This document shows positions 43,907 through 54,159 of a stretch of DNA of 62,162 bases, in pieces. Numbering within the stretch: the first letter of the stretch is position 1; each line of letters begins with the position of its first letter. The DNA comes from a virus. Its lineage: Duplodnaviria; Caudoviricetes. The DNA lies in the IMG/VR virus record IMGVR_UViG_3300027963_002897, positions 1 to 62,162 of that record, one strand, 5' to 3'. The position numbers were made by a program, and so were the translations under genes. Under the pieces are notes generated by a model. It made no database searches. It had not been told where the DNA came from and was given only the letters and a program-made list of their open reading frames with translations.

Positions 43907-44190
43907 GGTGGTTTCTGTTACGAGGTATATCCTACCCTAAGCAGTGTTTAGGCTGCTAATGCGTATTCGCTTGAGTTTGCGTTTACTTGTTTTACGCTGA
44001 TAACGTCAGTCGTCTCTCGTGTTGCCGTCTCTACTATCTACCCCTGTCGAAACCATGGCAGGCCCATTATGAAGTATACTCACGTTTCTGATGTCTCTGT
44101 TGGCTATGTGCCAACCGAATATACTTTATGGTGGACCTGGCGGGAGTCGAACCCGCGTCCAGAAGTCCTTCGCTTTGAAGGGATTACAAC
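43907..44190 (-). ncRNA. ssrA: two-piece (circularly permuted) tmRNA
   Basis: Acceptor piece with T arm and CAGGTCC-ACCA (ends 44129) precedes coding piece GGGCCTG (starts 44065); G3-U70; tag ANSSEYALAA* at 43948-43980. Confidence 0.9.
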
Positions 44191-44210
44191 AATTCTTTTA
44201 TTTAACCAAC

Positions 44211-44414
44211 TTACGCTGGATAAATGTTTGCAGCCTGCTTGCCTTTGGGGCCTTGCACAACTTCAAAACTTACGTTTTGATTTTCTTGCAAGACTTTAAA
44301 ACCTGAAGTCTGAATTGCAGAGTAATGAGCAAATAAATCCTCACCACCTTCGTCTGGAGTAATAAACCCAAAACCTTTGGTTTCATTAAACCATTTTACT
44401 TTACCTGTTGCCAT
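44211..44414 (-). CDS. cold shock protein
   Basis: [21 protein letters not shown]. Confidence 0.95.
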   Translation of the reverse strand: MATGKVKWFNETKGFGFITPDEGGEDLFAHYSAIQTSGFKVLQENQNVSFEVVQGPKGKQAANIYPA

Positions 44415-44468
44415 TTACTTATTTTCCTTAGTTATTAAAATTGCTGTGTGTAGTATATTTAAACATCT

Positions 44469-44771
44469 TTAGGCTGTGATGTCAACCTCTTTCTTTTCTT
44501 TTTGGACTAACTTGTCCGGTCTTATAGGTTCTAGCCACGTGTCTGGAATATATGCTTTTGGCGTATCGCCGTACATGTTGCTCAATCCAAATTCAGTAGA
44601 TATCCACCAAAAATGATCGGTAATCTGTGCTTTGCACGAAACGCCACGAAAATCAAATTCTTCACCCTGTTTGAAATGTCCAATGTATTTTTCTACCAAT
44701 ACAGTTTTACCTATATTGCTAGGACGTAGACTCATTATAATTTTGGCTAGATCGCCTTTTTCACATTTCAT
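44469..44771 (-). CDS. hypothetical protein
   Basis: C-x-x-GDLA...PDTWLEPIRP. Confidence 0.75.
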   Translation of the reverse strand: MKCEKGDLAKIIMSLRPSNIGKTVLVEKYIGHFKQGEEFDFRGVSCKAQITDHFWWISTEFGLSNMYGDTPKAYIPDTWLEPIRPDKLVQKEKKEVDITA

Positions 44772-45424
44772 AGAGTTAATGTATTAATTGCACCGCCTGA
44801 GGTGCCTCTTGGGAATAGATTAAATGCTAGAGTATATCTAGTTTTGCCTTTAACATTTGGATCTACTGAGTGGGATACCTGAGATGGGAATAACAACAGA
44901 TCATTTTTCAAAGGCTGCATTCCAAAATTTTGAATATTGTAGATATTCATTTTACTTTGATCTTCGGAATCTTCAAAATTGTGACCAATTTCAATCAACG
45001 GATTGAATAGATTCATATGAGTCCTATCTTTATGGAATATGATGTCTCCGGTATTTTGTTCAATTTCGATATAGTAAACTCCGCTGAGTATACTGCTGCC
45101 GTGCCAGTGTGGTTGACTAAAATCATCTTTGTAGTGTCGATTGACCCAACTGTTTTCCATTTCAAAAGTCATGACTTTTTTACAGTCTAAATAATCATAG
45201 ACAAAGTGATTGACTTTGTTCATGATCTTTTCTTTCAATAGTGCAAGCTCTGGACAATTGAGAATATATTTGTTTACTGAATAATCTCCATTGCCGTAAG
45301 GCATACGTTCAAATTCTGTATTCTCAATAAAGTCTCTCATATCTTTTGCTAGACTTCCGAGATTGGTTCTATACAGCGGAGTAGCAAATAACGGTATTAC
45401 TTCAAAATTGTTTACTTGAGCCAT
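44768..45424 (-). CDS. putative 2OG-Fe(II) oxygenase (TIGR02466-like)
   Basis: SWVN, HWH, LSGVYY, FPSQVSHSV, RYTLAFN. Confidence 0.85.
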   Translation of the reverse strand: MAQVNNFEVIPLFATPLYRTNLGSLAKDMRDFIENTEFERMPYGNGDYSVNKYILNCPELALLKEKIMNKVNHFVYDYLDCKKVMTFEMENSWVNRHYKDDFSQPHWHGSSILSGVYYIEIEQNTGDIIFHKDRTHMNLFNPLIEIGHNFEDSEDQSKMNIYNIQNFGMQPLKNDLLLFPSQVSHSVDPNVKGKTRYTLAFNLFPRGTSGGAINTLTL

Positions 45425-45822
45425 CCTACCTTTTCTCCATTGTCAATTCTTCGTTGGTGTTCTTCAACACTCCCAGGAAAACGCCAAGCCCAAATGGCAA
45501 CAAGGGCCATAAACATTGCAGTATAAACAATCCCACGTGTAGGTACTCCTCCAGTAAACATTAATATCAAACTCAAACTCATCATGCCTAGCATAAAAAA
45601 TTTCATCTTAGTAGGAAATACACGCTTCTCACCCCAATTGGTCAAGAACGGTCCAAACAACGGATGATTATAAATCCAGCGATGCATACGCTCACTGCCT
45701 TTGCTAAAGCAATAGGCTGCAAACACCACGAACGGTGAATAAGGAATGCCCGGAGTAATGACTCCGATGTATGCCATGCCTAAGGATAAAAATCCTAGGC
45801 AAGTCCAAAGAAATTTTTTCAT
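45412..45822 (-). CDS. YbaN/DUF454 family membrane protein
   Basis: IGVITPGIP...CFSKGSER...HPLFGP. Confidence 0.85.
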   Translation of the reverse strand: MKKFLWTCLGFLSLGMAYIGVITPGIPYSPFVVFAAYCFSKGSERMHRWIYNHPLFGPFLTNWGEKRVFPTKMKFFMLGMMSLSLILMFTGGVPTRGIVYTAMFMALVAIWAWRFPGSVEEHQRRIDNGEKVGWLK

Positions 45823-45827
45823 GTTTA

Positions 45828-46856
45828 TTATTCCGATAGTTGAATCAAGCCATATCCGTTGGCTTTTGTTTTTGTTTCGCGTTTGTCGTTTAAGAACGTC
45901 ATTACCTTTGTTGGGTCTTTCGGAGACCTTTGAGGAACAGCAAAACTAATATGTATCCAAGGCAGTCCCGATCCTGTCGTTTTGTATTCTAACAACAATT
46001 GATCAAATGGCACATTATCACGGACCCATACGGCTATGTTGAAGTATTCTGATTTAGGAACTCCGCGAAACTGGATGTCTGCTGCTTGTCCTTTTCCGTG
46101 TTGAGTTGTTGAATCTTCTCTATAGGTGTTGGTAATAAATGCGTTTGGATATTTTTTCCTAATTGGTTCGATAGTATTGATAGCCAAAAGTTTTAAATTT
46201 TCAACTATGGTTTTAGTAGGTAATCCAGATGCACTAGGAGCAGATACAGGATGATCGAAAACTACACCCGGAGTTCTAGTCAACTGCCCAAGGGTGTAAT
46301 TTGGACTTAGTTGAAGACTGTTAGGGAACGTAGTTCCTACATCGCCCGCTGAAGTTGTTGCAGGTGCTTTGTTTTTAGTAACACTACCGGAAGTTTTTCC
46401 TGTAGCCTTAACAGCATCTTCTCTTTCAACTTCGCGAGCATCTACAGTGCCAGATTTGGCCTTGGAACTAAAATAAGCCGAACCTGGGCCACTACCGGCC
46501 CTTGGTCCACCACGAGATGCAGGTGGTGTATCGGCTTCTGCCTCATCTCCGCTTACTACAGCTCGAACACTAGGAGTATCAGTGTCGACATCAGTACCAA
46601 CAAATACATTTCCACTGCCGCCTACACGCACCTTGCCATCGTTATCTGAGTTGTCTGTAAAGTTAACAGGCTTCTTATGAGCAAAGACATTTCCACTACC
46701 GTTCGCAGTAGTGGTGGTTCCTGGGCTATATCGTACTAGACTGGTGTCAACACTGGCCAACAGGTCATTAGCATATACTGTGCTGTTGCCATCAGTGTTA
46801 GCGACCTTTCCGCCGCCACTGTTTGAATCTGTTAGGCGTTGGATTGGTTTTACCAT
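45828..46856 (-). CDS. PAAR-like domain fused to peptidase M15
   Basis: N-terminal RLTD, STVYAN, GSGNVF x2; C-terminal LSPNYTL, QHGKGQAADI, WIHIS. Confidence 0.75.
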   Translation of the reverse strand: MVKPIQRLTDSNSGGGKVANTDGNSTVYANDLLASVDTSLVRYSPGTTTTANGSGNVFAHKKPVNFTDNSDNDGKVRVGGSGNVFVGTDVDTDTPSVRAVVSGDEAEADTPPASRGGPRAGSGPGSAYFSSKAKSGTVDAREVEREDAVKATGKTSGSVTKNKAPATTSAGDVGTTFPNSLQLSPNYTLGQLTRTPGVVFDHPVSAPSASGLPTKTIVENLKLLAINTIEPIRKKYPNAFITNTYREDSTTQHGKGQAADIQFRGVPKSEYFNIAVWVRDNVPFDQLLLEYKTTGSGLPWIHISFAVPQRSPKDPTKVMTFLNDKRETKTKANGYGLIQLSE

Positions 46857-46857
46857 G

Positions 46858-47148
46858 TTAGGCTAATTTAATACCTGTGGTACCTTGAAGGTAGCTGTTT
46901 GAAAATTCTTTTTCAGTAGCATCGATAATTGTCACAGTACCTTTTGACAATTTTACATCTTTTTCATTGCTGACTGTGAATAGGTATGGAGCCATACCGA
47001 GTCCTTGTTGTCCCATGGTCAACACCATAGGTCTGTTTAATTTATAATACTCGCCGGTTTCTTCAACTAACTTGGCTATAATTTCTTCTCCAGAAGTTAG
47101 TTTGATTGTAACTACTTCACCGGGTGCTGCACCTTTGTCTATTAACAT
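46858..47148 (-). CDS. small Sm-like fold phage protein
   Basis: IKLTSGEEIIAKL pattern. Confidence 0.6.
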   Translation of the reverse strand: MLIDKGAAPGEVVTIKLTSGEEIIAKLVEETGEYYKLNRPMVLTMGQQGLGMAPYLFTVSNEKDVKLSKGTVTIIDATEKEFSNSYLQGTTGIKLA

Positions 47149-47149
47149 A

Positions 47150-47374
47150 TTATCCTTGTAAATGCTTTTTTAATTCGTTAAACCCACCGATTAGATTTTC
47201 ATCTAAAAAAATCTGTGGTACTGTCCTTGCTGTTGGTACTGCTTCTAATAAATCTTCTCTAGTAAACCCGTAACCAATTTTCTTTTCTTCAAACTCAATG
47301 CCCTTCATTTTGAGTAAACCTTTAGCTTGCTCACAATAAGGACAATTATCCTTACTCCATACTATCGCTCTCAT
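47150..47374 (-). CDS. glutaredoxin
   Basis: CPYC, TVPQIF, GG. Confidence 0.95.
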   Translation of the reverse strand: MRAIVWSKDNCPYCEQAKGLLKMKGIEFEEKKIGYGFTREDLLEAVPTARTVPQIFLDENLIGGFNELKKHLQG

Positions 47375-47389
47375 ACTTCTTTCCTTTAC

Positions 47390-47557
47390 TTAATTTGAAT
47401 ATATAACACTTCCGTTCTTATCTACAACACGAACAACTATCATACCTTTATTTTTATAACTCATAGCGGCAGACATGGCCGCTTGCTCACTACCATAACT
47501 TCCGATAGTTGTCCAAGATTCATAAGGATTGTGTCTTTTGAACTGTGCTTTGTACAT
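47390..47557 (-). CDS. small hypothetical protein (55 aa, not in ORF track)
   Basis: MYKAQFKRHNPYESW...VIYSN*, fills the nrdB-glutaredoxin gap. Confidence 0.6.
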   Translation of the reverse strand: MYKAQFKRHNPYESWTTIGSYGSEQAAMSAAMSYKNKGMIVVRVVDKNGSVIYSN

Positions 47558-47563
47558 AATATA

Positions 47564-48664
47564 TTATATAGCAGGAAGGGAGTCGTAGTCAAGATTTTCT
47601 CCCATTACTCCGATGACATAATTTGTTGATTCGGATTCTTGTAGTGCTGTTTGCTTATTGCTGGTATTAACGTGTTTGTTAAACCAAGGAATTGGTGTGG
47701 ATTTTGGCGCAGGACTATTATACTTGATGCCGATATCCTTAAGTGCTCCTACTGCTGTATAATCTACAAAATCACGTAGAATGTTAGCGTTCAATCCAAT
47801 TACTGGTCCCATCTTAAACAAATAGCTTGCCCAATCTTTTTCTTCGCGAATCACATCCATATATAGTTGATATACTTCTTGTTCGCATTCTAATTTAGCT
47901 TCGGCAAAACGACTGTCTTCCTTGACAACTTGATTAATCAAATAAGCTGTCCAGCCCTTGTGTAACAGCTCGTCTTGCAGGATTAATTGGATGATATTGC
48001 CATTGCCCATAAAGATTTTGTTTTCAACCATTGCTAAACTTGTAGCGAACGATACCATAAAGCGGAAAGCTTCTAAAGCATAAGACGCATGTAACGCCAT
48101 GTAGATTGCTTTGACATGTTCTTTTTCAGTGATAGCTTCGCCTAGTTGTTTACGGCAATTGATAACGTGTAATGCTTCATAGTAGTTGCCTACGCTTGAT
48201 GCCATGTCAATAATTTCTTTAGTATCGTGAATAGTGTTAAACACATCTTTGGGTACATTGTAAATGTTACGAATGATGTGACTGTAGCTCTTACTATGAA
48301 TATTAGTTTCAAAGAATGTCCAATTGTATACCAATGCTTCAAGTTCTGGCAAAGATACTACAGGCATGAAGATTTGACTTGGGCCACGTCCTTGTAAACT
48401 GTCTAATGCGGTTTGACGCAACAAATTACTTGTAAAAATATGTTTAACTGCATCACTAGCATCTTTGAAGTCATTAGAATCTTTGGTAAGACTAATCTCT
48501 TCTGGTTGCCAAAAGAAGCCACGTGCTGTTGCTTCGAAGTCGGCAATCTTTTTGTATTTGACTTCTTCAAAGCGTTGAATAGTAACTGGACCTGCTGGGT
48601 CTAGAAACATTTTACGACTTAGGTAGTCTGTCTTTGTGTTTAGGTTGTATTGTGCTTTACTCAT
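47564..48664 (-). CDS. nrdB: class Ia ribonucleotide reductase beta subunit
   Basis: FFWQPEE, DSLQ, ETNIHSKSY, EAFRF, DELLH. Confidence 0.95.
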   Translation of the reverse strand: MSKAQYNLNTKTDYLSRKMFLDPAGPVTIQRFEEVKYKKIADFEATARGFFWQPEEISLTKDSNDFKDASDAVKHIFTSNLLRQTALDSLQGRGPSQIFMPVVSLPELEALVYNWTFFETNIHSKSYSHIIRNIYNVPKDVFNTIHDTKEIIDMASSVGNYYEALHVINCRKQLGEAITEKEHVKAIYMALHASYALEAFRFMVSFATSLAMVENKIFMGNGNIIQLILQDELLHKGWTAYLINQVVKEDSRFAEAKLECEQEVYQLYMDVIREEKDWASYLFKMGPVIGLNANILRDFVDYTAVGALKDIGIKYNSPAPKSTPIPWFNKHVNTSNKQTALQESESTNYVIGVMGENLDYDSLPAI

Positions 48665-51003
48665 TATAACTTACATGCCTCGCAATCTTCATCTTCTATT
48701 AATTCTCTTTCATTATGAAATCCATTATAATGGACTTCTGGTGTAGCTTCTTGCACTGCTTTACTACCTGCTTTGTTAATCAGACTGTAGTAGAATGTTT
48801 TCAATCCCCATACGTGTGCCTGCATTAAGTTTTTAGCAATCAATGTAGTTGGCACCTTACGATCCGCAAAGTGTGCTGGATTATAGAATGTGTTGGTACT
48901 AATACTTTGATCTACATAGGCTGCTAATACTGCCGCAGTCTTTAGATATCCGTCACAGTCTTTTTGTTCCCACATCAGTTGATATTTGTTCTTGAGCTTA
49001 TGATACTCAGGGACAACTTGGACAAAGGAACCTGCTTTGCTTTCCTTAACTGAAATAAGCGACATAGGCATTTCGATGCCATTAGTGCTATTAATGACCA
49101 CACTACTACTTTCAACAGGGGCAATAGCCATAAGTGTTGCATTTCTAACTCCGTGTACTCTCATTTGTTCACGCAATGGTTCCCAATCGAGTTCAGGTTT
49201 AAAGTCTGCTAGATCGTTAACACCGTTAGCGCGGCGCTCCCAAGGAAACTCGCCCTTGCCGTATCGTGTATGTGCGCTATGCAGACAAGGGCCACGTTCT
49301 TTGGCAAGTTCAACTGTTGCTTCTGTTAGGTAGTAGGCTTGATGCTCCATCCATGTCTTAACATCTTGTAGTGCATCTTTGTCACCATACTTGAGTCCAC
49401 GCTTGGCATGCCAATATGCAAGATTAGTAACACCAATGCCTAGTGGTTGGATTTCGTCGTTGCTGAGTTTACTTTGAATACTTAAAAAATCTTGGTAGTC
49501 AAGGATGTTACACAGGCTACGCTGTAGAATCCTACAAGCTCTACGCATATCCTCTGGGTTTCGGAACGATCCCCAGTTGATAGATCCCAGTGTACATAAC
49601 GCTATGCGCCCCGCATCGTCGTCTAATCTCTTAAATGGACGTGTGGGTAATAGAATCTCACAGCACAAGTTACTTTGATAAATCGCATGATATTCTGGAT
49701 CAAAAGGTCCTTGATTCATTACATTATCAATGAATACGAGATATATTCGACCCGTGTCTGTGCGTTCCTTCAGTATACCACCCTTGAAAACTTCTTCAGC
49801 ACTAAGAACTTTTTTTCTTAGGTCTTTACGCTTTTCATATTTTACATATAATTCTTCAAATAGATCTACATCTTTATAGAATGCTTCATATAAGTCAGGT
49901 ACTTCATTTGGATCAAAGAATGTTATATTCTCTTTGTTCTTGAAACGTCTCCAGAAGAAAGCAGACAAGACAACACCATAGTCCATGTGTCTTACCCTTG
50001 TTTCCTCAGTTCCTTGATTGTTCTTAAGTACGATGAGATCATCAAACTGATGGTGCCAAATAGGATAAAAAACTGTCGCAGACGCATTACGGATTCCTCC
50101 TTGTGAGCAACTACGTAAGTCGCCAAACCACTTTTTCAGGAATGGGATCATACCAGTATGTTGAATCTCGCCACCTCTGATGGGACTACCTAATGAACGT
50201 AAGCGACCAATCTCCAAGCCGATACCAGCTCGCTTGGCCGCATACTTGGCCATCATCTCTCCAGAAGCAAATATGCTATCCAGATCGTCGTCACTGCGGA
50301 TAAGCACACAACTAGAAAACTGTTTAGTAGGAGTGCCAAGCCCAGCCAGCACAGGTGTAGCAAGAGTAAACAAACCATCGGATGCCGCTGTATAGTATTC
50401 TTTAATGTAACGCATTCTTGCACTATTCGGCTCTTCCTTATGGAAGACAGTTGCTGCCGCAACCATGTATCTAATTTGTGGAGTTTCATAAGTTTCTTTT
50501 GTTGCTCTATTTTTAACAAGGTACTTCTCAATTAACTGCTCAATGGCTGCGTATGAATATGTTTCATCCTTTTCGTGATCCAACATATCATCCATCTTGT
50601 TCCAATCGTCTTCACTATACCACTCTAACAGCTCTGGTGTGTATAGACCCACTTCGACATTTCGTTTCACAATAGAATAAAGGTGGGGAACGGTATAACT
50701 GCCATACACATCTTTTCTCAGCATTGACAATCGTTGCTTGCCTGCTACATATTGGTAATTGGTATGGCCAACATCTGGATTTTGTTCAACATCGATAAGA
50801 TCAACAATAGCACGTAATGTAATACCATCAATCTCTTCAGTGGTAATACCATCATAAAAATGTAGTTGCGCTTTAATCTCAATCATGCTCTGACTAACGT
50901 CAGCTATTCCCTTACATACTTTTGCTACCTGAGCTTGCCATTTCTCAATCATTAACGGCTCTTTTGTACCATTTCTTTTAATTACGGTAATTGTCATTGT
51001 CAT
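48664..51003 (-). CDS. nrdA: class Ia ribonucleotide reductase alpha subunit
   Basis: ATP cone VIKRNG, SSCVL, SNLCCEI, TFYY, CEAC. Confidence 0.97.
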   Translation of the reverse strand: MTMTITVIKRNGTKEPLMIEKWQAQVAKVCKGIADVSQSMIEIKAQLHFYDGITTEEIDGITLRAIVDLIDVEQNPDVGHTNYQYVAGKQRLSMLRKDVYGSYTVPHLYSIVKRNVEVGLYTPELLEWYSEDDWNKMDDMLDHEKDETYSYAAIEQLIEKYLVKNRATKETYETPQIRYMVAAATVFHKEEPNSARMRYIKEYYTAASDGLFTLATPVLAGLGTPTKQFSSCVLIRSDDDLDSIFASGEMMAKYAAKRAGIGLEIGRLRSLGSPIRGGEIQHTGMIPFLKKWFGDLRSCSQGGIRNASATVFYPIWHHQFDDLIVLKNNQGTEETRVRHMDYGVVLSAFFWRRFKNKENITFFDPNEVPDLYEAFYKDVDLFEELYVKYEKRKDLRKKVLSAEEVFKGGILKERTDTGRIYLVFIDNVMNQGPFDPEYHAIYQSNLCCEILLPTRPFKRLDDDAGRIALCTLGSINWGSFRNPEDMRRACRILQRSLCNILDYQDFLSIQSKLSNDEIQPLGIGVTNLAYWHAKRGLKYGDKDALQDVKTWMEHQAYYLTEATVELAKERGPCLHSAHTRYGKGEFPWERRANGVNDLADFKPELDWEPLREQMRVHGVRNATLMAIAPVESSSVVINSTNGIEMPMSLISVKESKAGSFVQVVPEYHKLKNKYQLMWEQKDCDGYLKTAAVLAAYVDQSISTNTFYNPAHFADRKVPTTLIAKNLMQAHVWGLKTFYYSLINKAGSKAVQEATPEVHYNGFHNERELIEDEDCEACKL

Positions 51004-51042
51004 TCGATATACGCCTCTACTTTATTCTATTTGGTTTGATAT

Positions 51043-51468
51043 TTATAAACTATCGTCTAGTTGCCAAACCATGTTGGTTTGAACTCCGCTTAGTTTATCA
51101 AAATCAACTACGTTTTTGTATTCCAGATTTAATACTTTAGAATGATCCACTACTAAAAAGTACTTAGGTGACTTTTCATTGGGAAGCATAGACGTATGTA
51201 TCTCGCAATTGGTTTTCATAAACCGCTGTGTTAATTTAATAGTATACAGCATTCCAAGAGCGATTGCAAGATCGTCATACCGATCATCCAGAACTAAATG
51301 CCATGGATCAGGCCATTCGGATGGTTTGGTTGGATTTAAGTACGGATTAACAAACGGAGCATGACTCCAAAATTCAGCAACATCTTCTAAAGGACTATTG
51401 CTGAGTTCCAGCCTATTTCTAAATTCTTTCCATTCGGTTAATCTACTAGTGCCGTATTGATCAAACAC
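51043..51468 (-). CDS. hypothetical protein
   Basis: 141-aa ORF, WPDPW motif. Confidence 0.75.
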   Translation of the reverse strand: MFDQYGTSRLTEWKEFRNRLELSNSPLEDVAEFWSHAPFVNPYLNPTKPSEWPDPWHLVLDDRYDDLAIALGMLYTIKLTQRFMKTNCEIHTSMLPNEKSPKYFLVVDHSKVLNLEYKNVVDFDKLSGVQTNMVWQLDDSL

Positions 51469-53032
51469 CGTACGCTAGGTCGTATGATAATAGACCGGTA
51501 GCGCCGCTAGTTGGATTCTTATAACCTAACACCACCGTTTCGTTGCCAGTTACGGCATCGTTATTAGCAAGTACAGCAGTAAATTCAAAATTGGTCATTG
51601 TGGTTCCTCCTGGATCTGAAACTAGTGATGGTGAATATTGATATTCGTCAGTTATAGCAACTTTAGTTGAATCTGAACTAACTGATAAAGTTAATTTTCC
51701 TGTGCGTGTGTGAGTTCCTAATTTTAGGAAATATTTAATCGCGTATGATTTATTCTGTGCCGACAATACAGTAAGAGATGTTGTACTCACAGTGTATGAA
51801 ATTTCAGAATAGTTTCTGTTAACAAATACAGAATAATCACTGTTGTACACTTCGGTAATAGCAGTTACAGAAGATGGATACAAAGGATTACTTTGTACAG
51901 TATTATAATTTAACTGTGCTCTATCGTTTGAGCAATTGATTAATACATTACCGGTTTTTTCACCAAAATATACGATTGGATACAACGGTATAGTTGGCGA
52001 GTTCGCATTACCGCAGTTGATAAATGTTGTGTCTGTAATTATAGTATAACGACCGTATGTAGATTTAAACGCCTGAGCATATATTTCTTCAAATGTACAA
52101 TCGTTAAGTTTCCAATTATTATCCTGTCCAGTAACACCGTTGATTAATATACCTGTGTGATTTATAAAAAATTTACAATTGCTAAATTTAATTTCAGTTG
52201 AGAATACAACATCTTGAATACACTTAACGCTCAACGAATTACTTAAAAAATTACAATTTCTAAAAGTCACATTGGTAGTTTTTGTTCCACTGCTAGTGTT
52301 TTGCCAAAATACTGCGGGTGGCGCAACATTGATATCTGATATAACGTCTATAAGATCATATTCACCTTCGAATGTAACGTCTTCAAAGATACTGTCAGCA
52401 ACACCGGACAATACTACCTGTCCAGAAGAACGAATAATTTTAATATTTGAAATACGAACATTACGTGGTCGGTTGACACTATTGAAGCTGATTAACTCTT
52501 GACCATCGCTAGTTACAAATTGAATGTTATTGGTATCAATGTTTAACACAACACCAGTTGGAGTTTCTCCTTTGATGATAGTTCCGCTTGGTATTTTTAA
52601 ATCTCTCAAGAATAGATACTCACCGTTTGGAACGGTCAATACTTTTTTATAATTAGGGTTTGTGTTTTGAAATAGCTCTGAAAATGCAAGTTCAAATGCA
52701 TCAGTACAATCTGTACTGCCATCACCAACAGCACCGAAGTCCACAACCGAAACGTATTCGTCTAGTTTTCCTTGCAGGCTTCTTGGTAAGCTGTCTATAA
52801 AACCAGGAGCAAATTGATAGCTGGATGCTAGTTCTAATAGATTATCATGCTCTGTAATAATCTTAGTATTTCCAACGTATGGAGCGCCTTCAGCTACAGA
52901 ACCATTACCAATATACAGTTCTTGTGAATCGACTGCCCACGCAAACTCAGCCGAGCTTAGTTGTGGGATCCCACTGTTAGAATTCTTTTGTCCTCTGCGG
53001 ACCTGTATTTTTGATATCTGTACGACAGCCAT
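51461..53032 (-). CDS. tail fiber/spike-like protein with beta-helix domain
   Basis: IQVRRG...ELYIGNG N-terminus; VSVVDFGAVGDG; F-x-NC-x-F repeats. Confidence 0.75.
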   Translation of the reverse strand: MAVVQISKIQVRRGQKNSNSGIPQLSSAEFAWAVDSQELYIGNGSVAEGAPYVGNTKIITEHDNLLELASSYQFAPGFIDSLPRSLQGKLDEYVSVVDFGAVGDGSTDCTDAFELAFSELFQNTNPNYKKVLTVPNGEYLFLRDLKIPSGTIIKGETPTGVVLNIDTNNIQFVTSDGQELISFNSVNRPRNVRISNIKIIRSSGQVVLSGVADSIFEDVTFEGEYDLIDVISDINVAPPAVFWQNTSSGTKTTNVTFRNCNFLSNSLSVKCIQDVVFSTEIKFSNCKFFINHTGILINGVTGQDNNWKLNDCTFEEIYAQAFKSTYGRYTIITDTTFINCGNANSPTIPLYPIVYFGEKTGNVLINCSNDRAQLNYNTVQSNPLYPSSVTAITEVYNSDYSVFVNRNYSEISYTVSTTSLTVLSAQNKSYAIKYFLKLGTHTRTGKLTLSVSSDSTKVAITDEYQYSPSLVSDPGGTTMTNFEFTAVLANNDAVTGNETVVLGYKNPTSGATGLLSYDLAYGV

Positions 53033-53056
53033 AGATGTATACCCTTGTTAGAGTAT

Positions 53057-53758
53057 TTATCTTCCTAGACTATAGTACTCCTCTACCTTGCTGAGCCAAG
53101 CGTCCTGCCACTTGTTAAAGTCCTTAGGCTCTAGTGTAAACTGCTGATATTCAAAAGCACGGCTACACATAAAGATAACACCTTTTTTAATGTCTGTGCC
53201 GTATACTTCATTATGTGCTAATATATAAGCCATTAGTTGTAGATAGTAATCTTCTACCCATTCTGCTTTTTTAGGTTTGTTAGTTTGCTTATAATCCATA
53301 ACCGCTGGTTCATCTTCATGTACACCAACTAGGTCAGTTGTGCCAGAAAATAAACCCGGAAAATATAAACTCTGTTCCATTGCCCAAATTTCATTTACTT
53401 TAGCAAGGCCGTTTTCGATAATGACATCTGCCATTTTATTAGCCTGTATATGAACAGGTGCGCCACCAGGCTGTCTTTGCTCACCAACTACAAACCTTTC
53501 TAAGTTGGCATGCATTGCTGTGCCAACCCCTGCAGCTTCTGTGGTAATCTGCTGTGCTTTAGCATGTCCAATCCTATCACGCCATTCATTCAAATGGGTC
53601 ATGTCTTTAGTAGCACTAAGGATAGTAGTAACACTCGGTAGGCTTTCGCCGTCGGGTGTTAGGTAGACACGTTTACGTGTTACAGGATCATTAACCTGTT
53701 TACAGTTTTTATATTGGAATCGTTCAATGAACGGTGGTGGAGTATAATTAGTAGTCAT
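53057..53758 (-). CDS. PD-(D/E)xK exonuclease
   Basis: PSVTTIL, GTAMH, E, GTTD, DYK, QLMAY. Confidence 0.88.
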   Translation of the reverse strand: MTTNYTPPPFIERFQYKNCKQVNDPVTRKRVYLTPDGESLPSVTTILSATKDMTHLNEWRDRIGHAKAQQITTEAAGVGTAMHANLERFVVGEQRQPGGAPVHIQANKMADVIIENGLAKVNEIWAMEQSLYFPGLFSGTTDLVGVHEDEPAVMDYKQTNKPKKAEWVEDYYLQLMAYILAHNEVYGTDIKKGVIFMCSRAFEYQQFTLEPKDFNKWQDAWLSKVEEYYSLGR

Positions 53759-53790
53759 TCTGTATATATTACAGGAATGATTTTAGTTTG

Positions 53791-54159
53791 TCAAGCCTGA
53801 GCAGCTAATTGTTGCGGTGCAGCCGATGCTGCCATTTTATCTACTTGATCTTGGCTAGTTTCGCCAGACTTTTGGGGACTTTGTTCTTGATCGTCTGGAG
53901 CACCAGGAACATTTAAGTTAATACCGTCTTGGTTAAAGTCTTTAACCAATGACTGCACAACTGGGTTAGAATCGTATATGGCTTTGAATGTTTCGTAATC
54001 GGCAGCAAGTTCTACTCCGCTGGTTTGAAATATTTTATTAAGTCCATTCCAATTTAGCTGACTACCCGCACCTTTGCTAGATGCACGACCAATGTAGTTT
54101 TTTAAAACTACAATTAGTTTATCAGTAGGATCGTTTTCAACAAACTCAAAAAATCTCAT
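53791..54159 (-). CDS. hypothetical protein, probable virion/head protein
   Basis: MRFFEFVE leader; late gene block. Confidence 0.75.
   Translation of the reverse strand: MRFFEFVENDPTDKLIVVLKNYIGRASSKGAGSQLNWNGLNKIFQTSGVELAADYETFKAIYDSNPVVQSLVKDFNQDGINLNVPGAPDDQEQSPQKSGETSQDQVDKMAASAAPQQLAAQA

Noticed and set aside
44069-44306. Plus-strand ORFs 44069-44299 and 44091-44306, or a plain tRNA at 44129-44190
   Set aside because: The region is the antisense of the tmRNA acceptor piece, which has a T arm and CCA but no anticodon arm
47564-51003. Introns or inteins in nrdA/nrdB
   Set aside because: Both ORFs are continuous and of normal length
53057-53758. Cas4
   Set aside because: PD-(D/E)xK core only, without the four-Cys Fe-S motif or cas neighbours; an ordinary phage exonuclease
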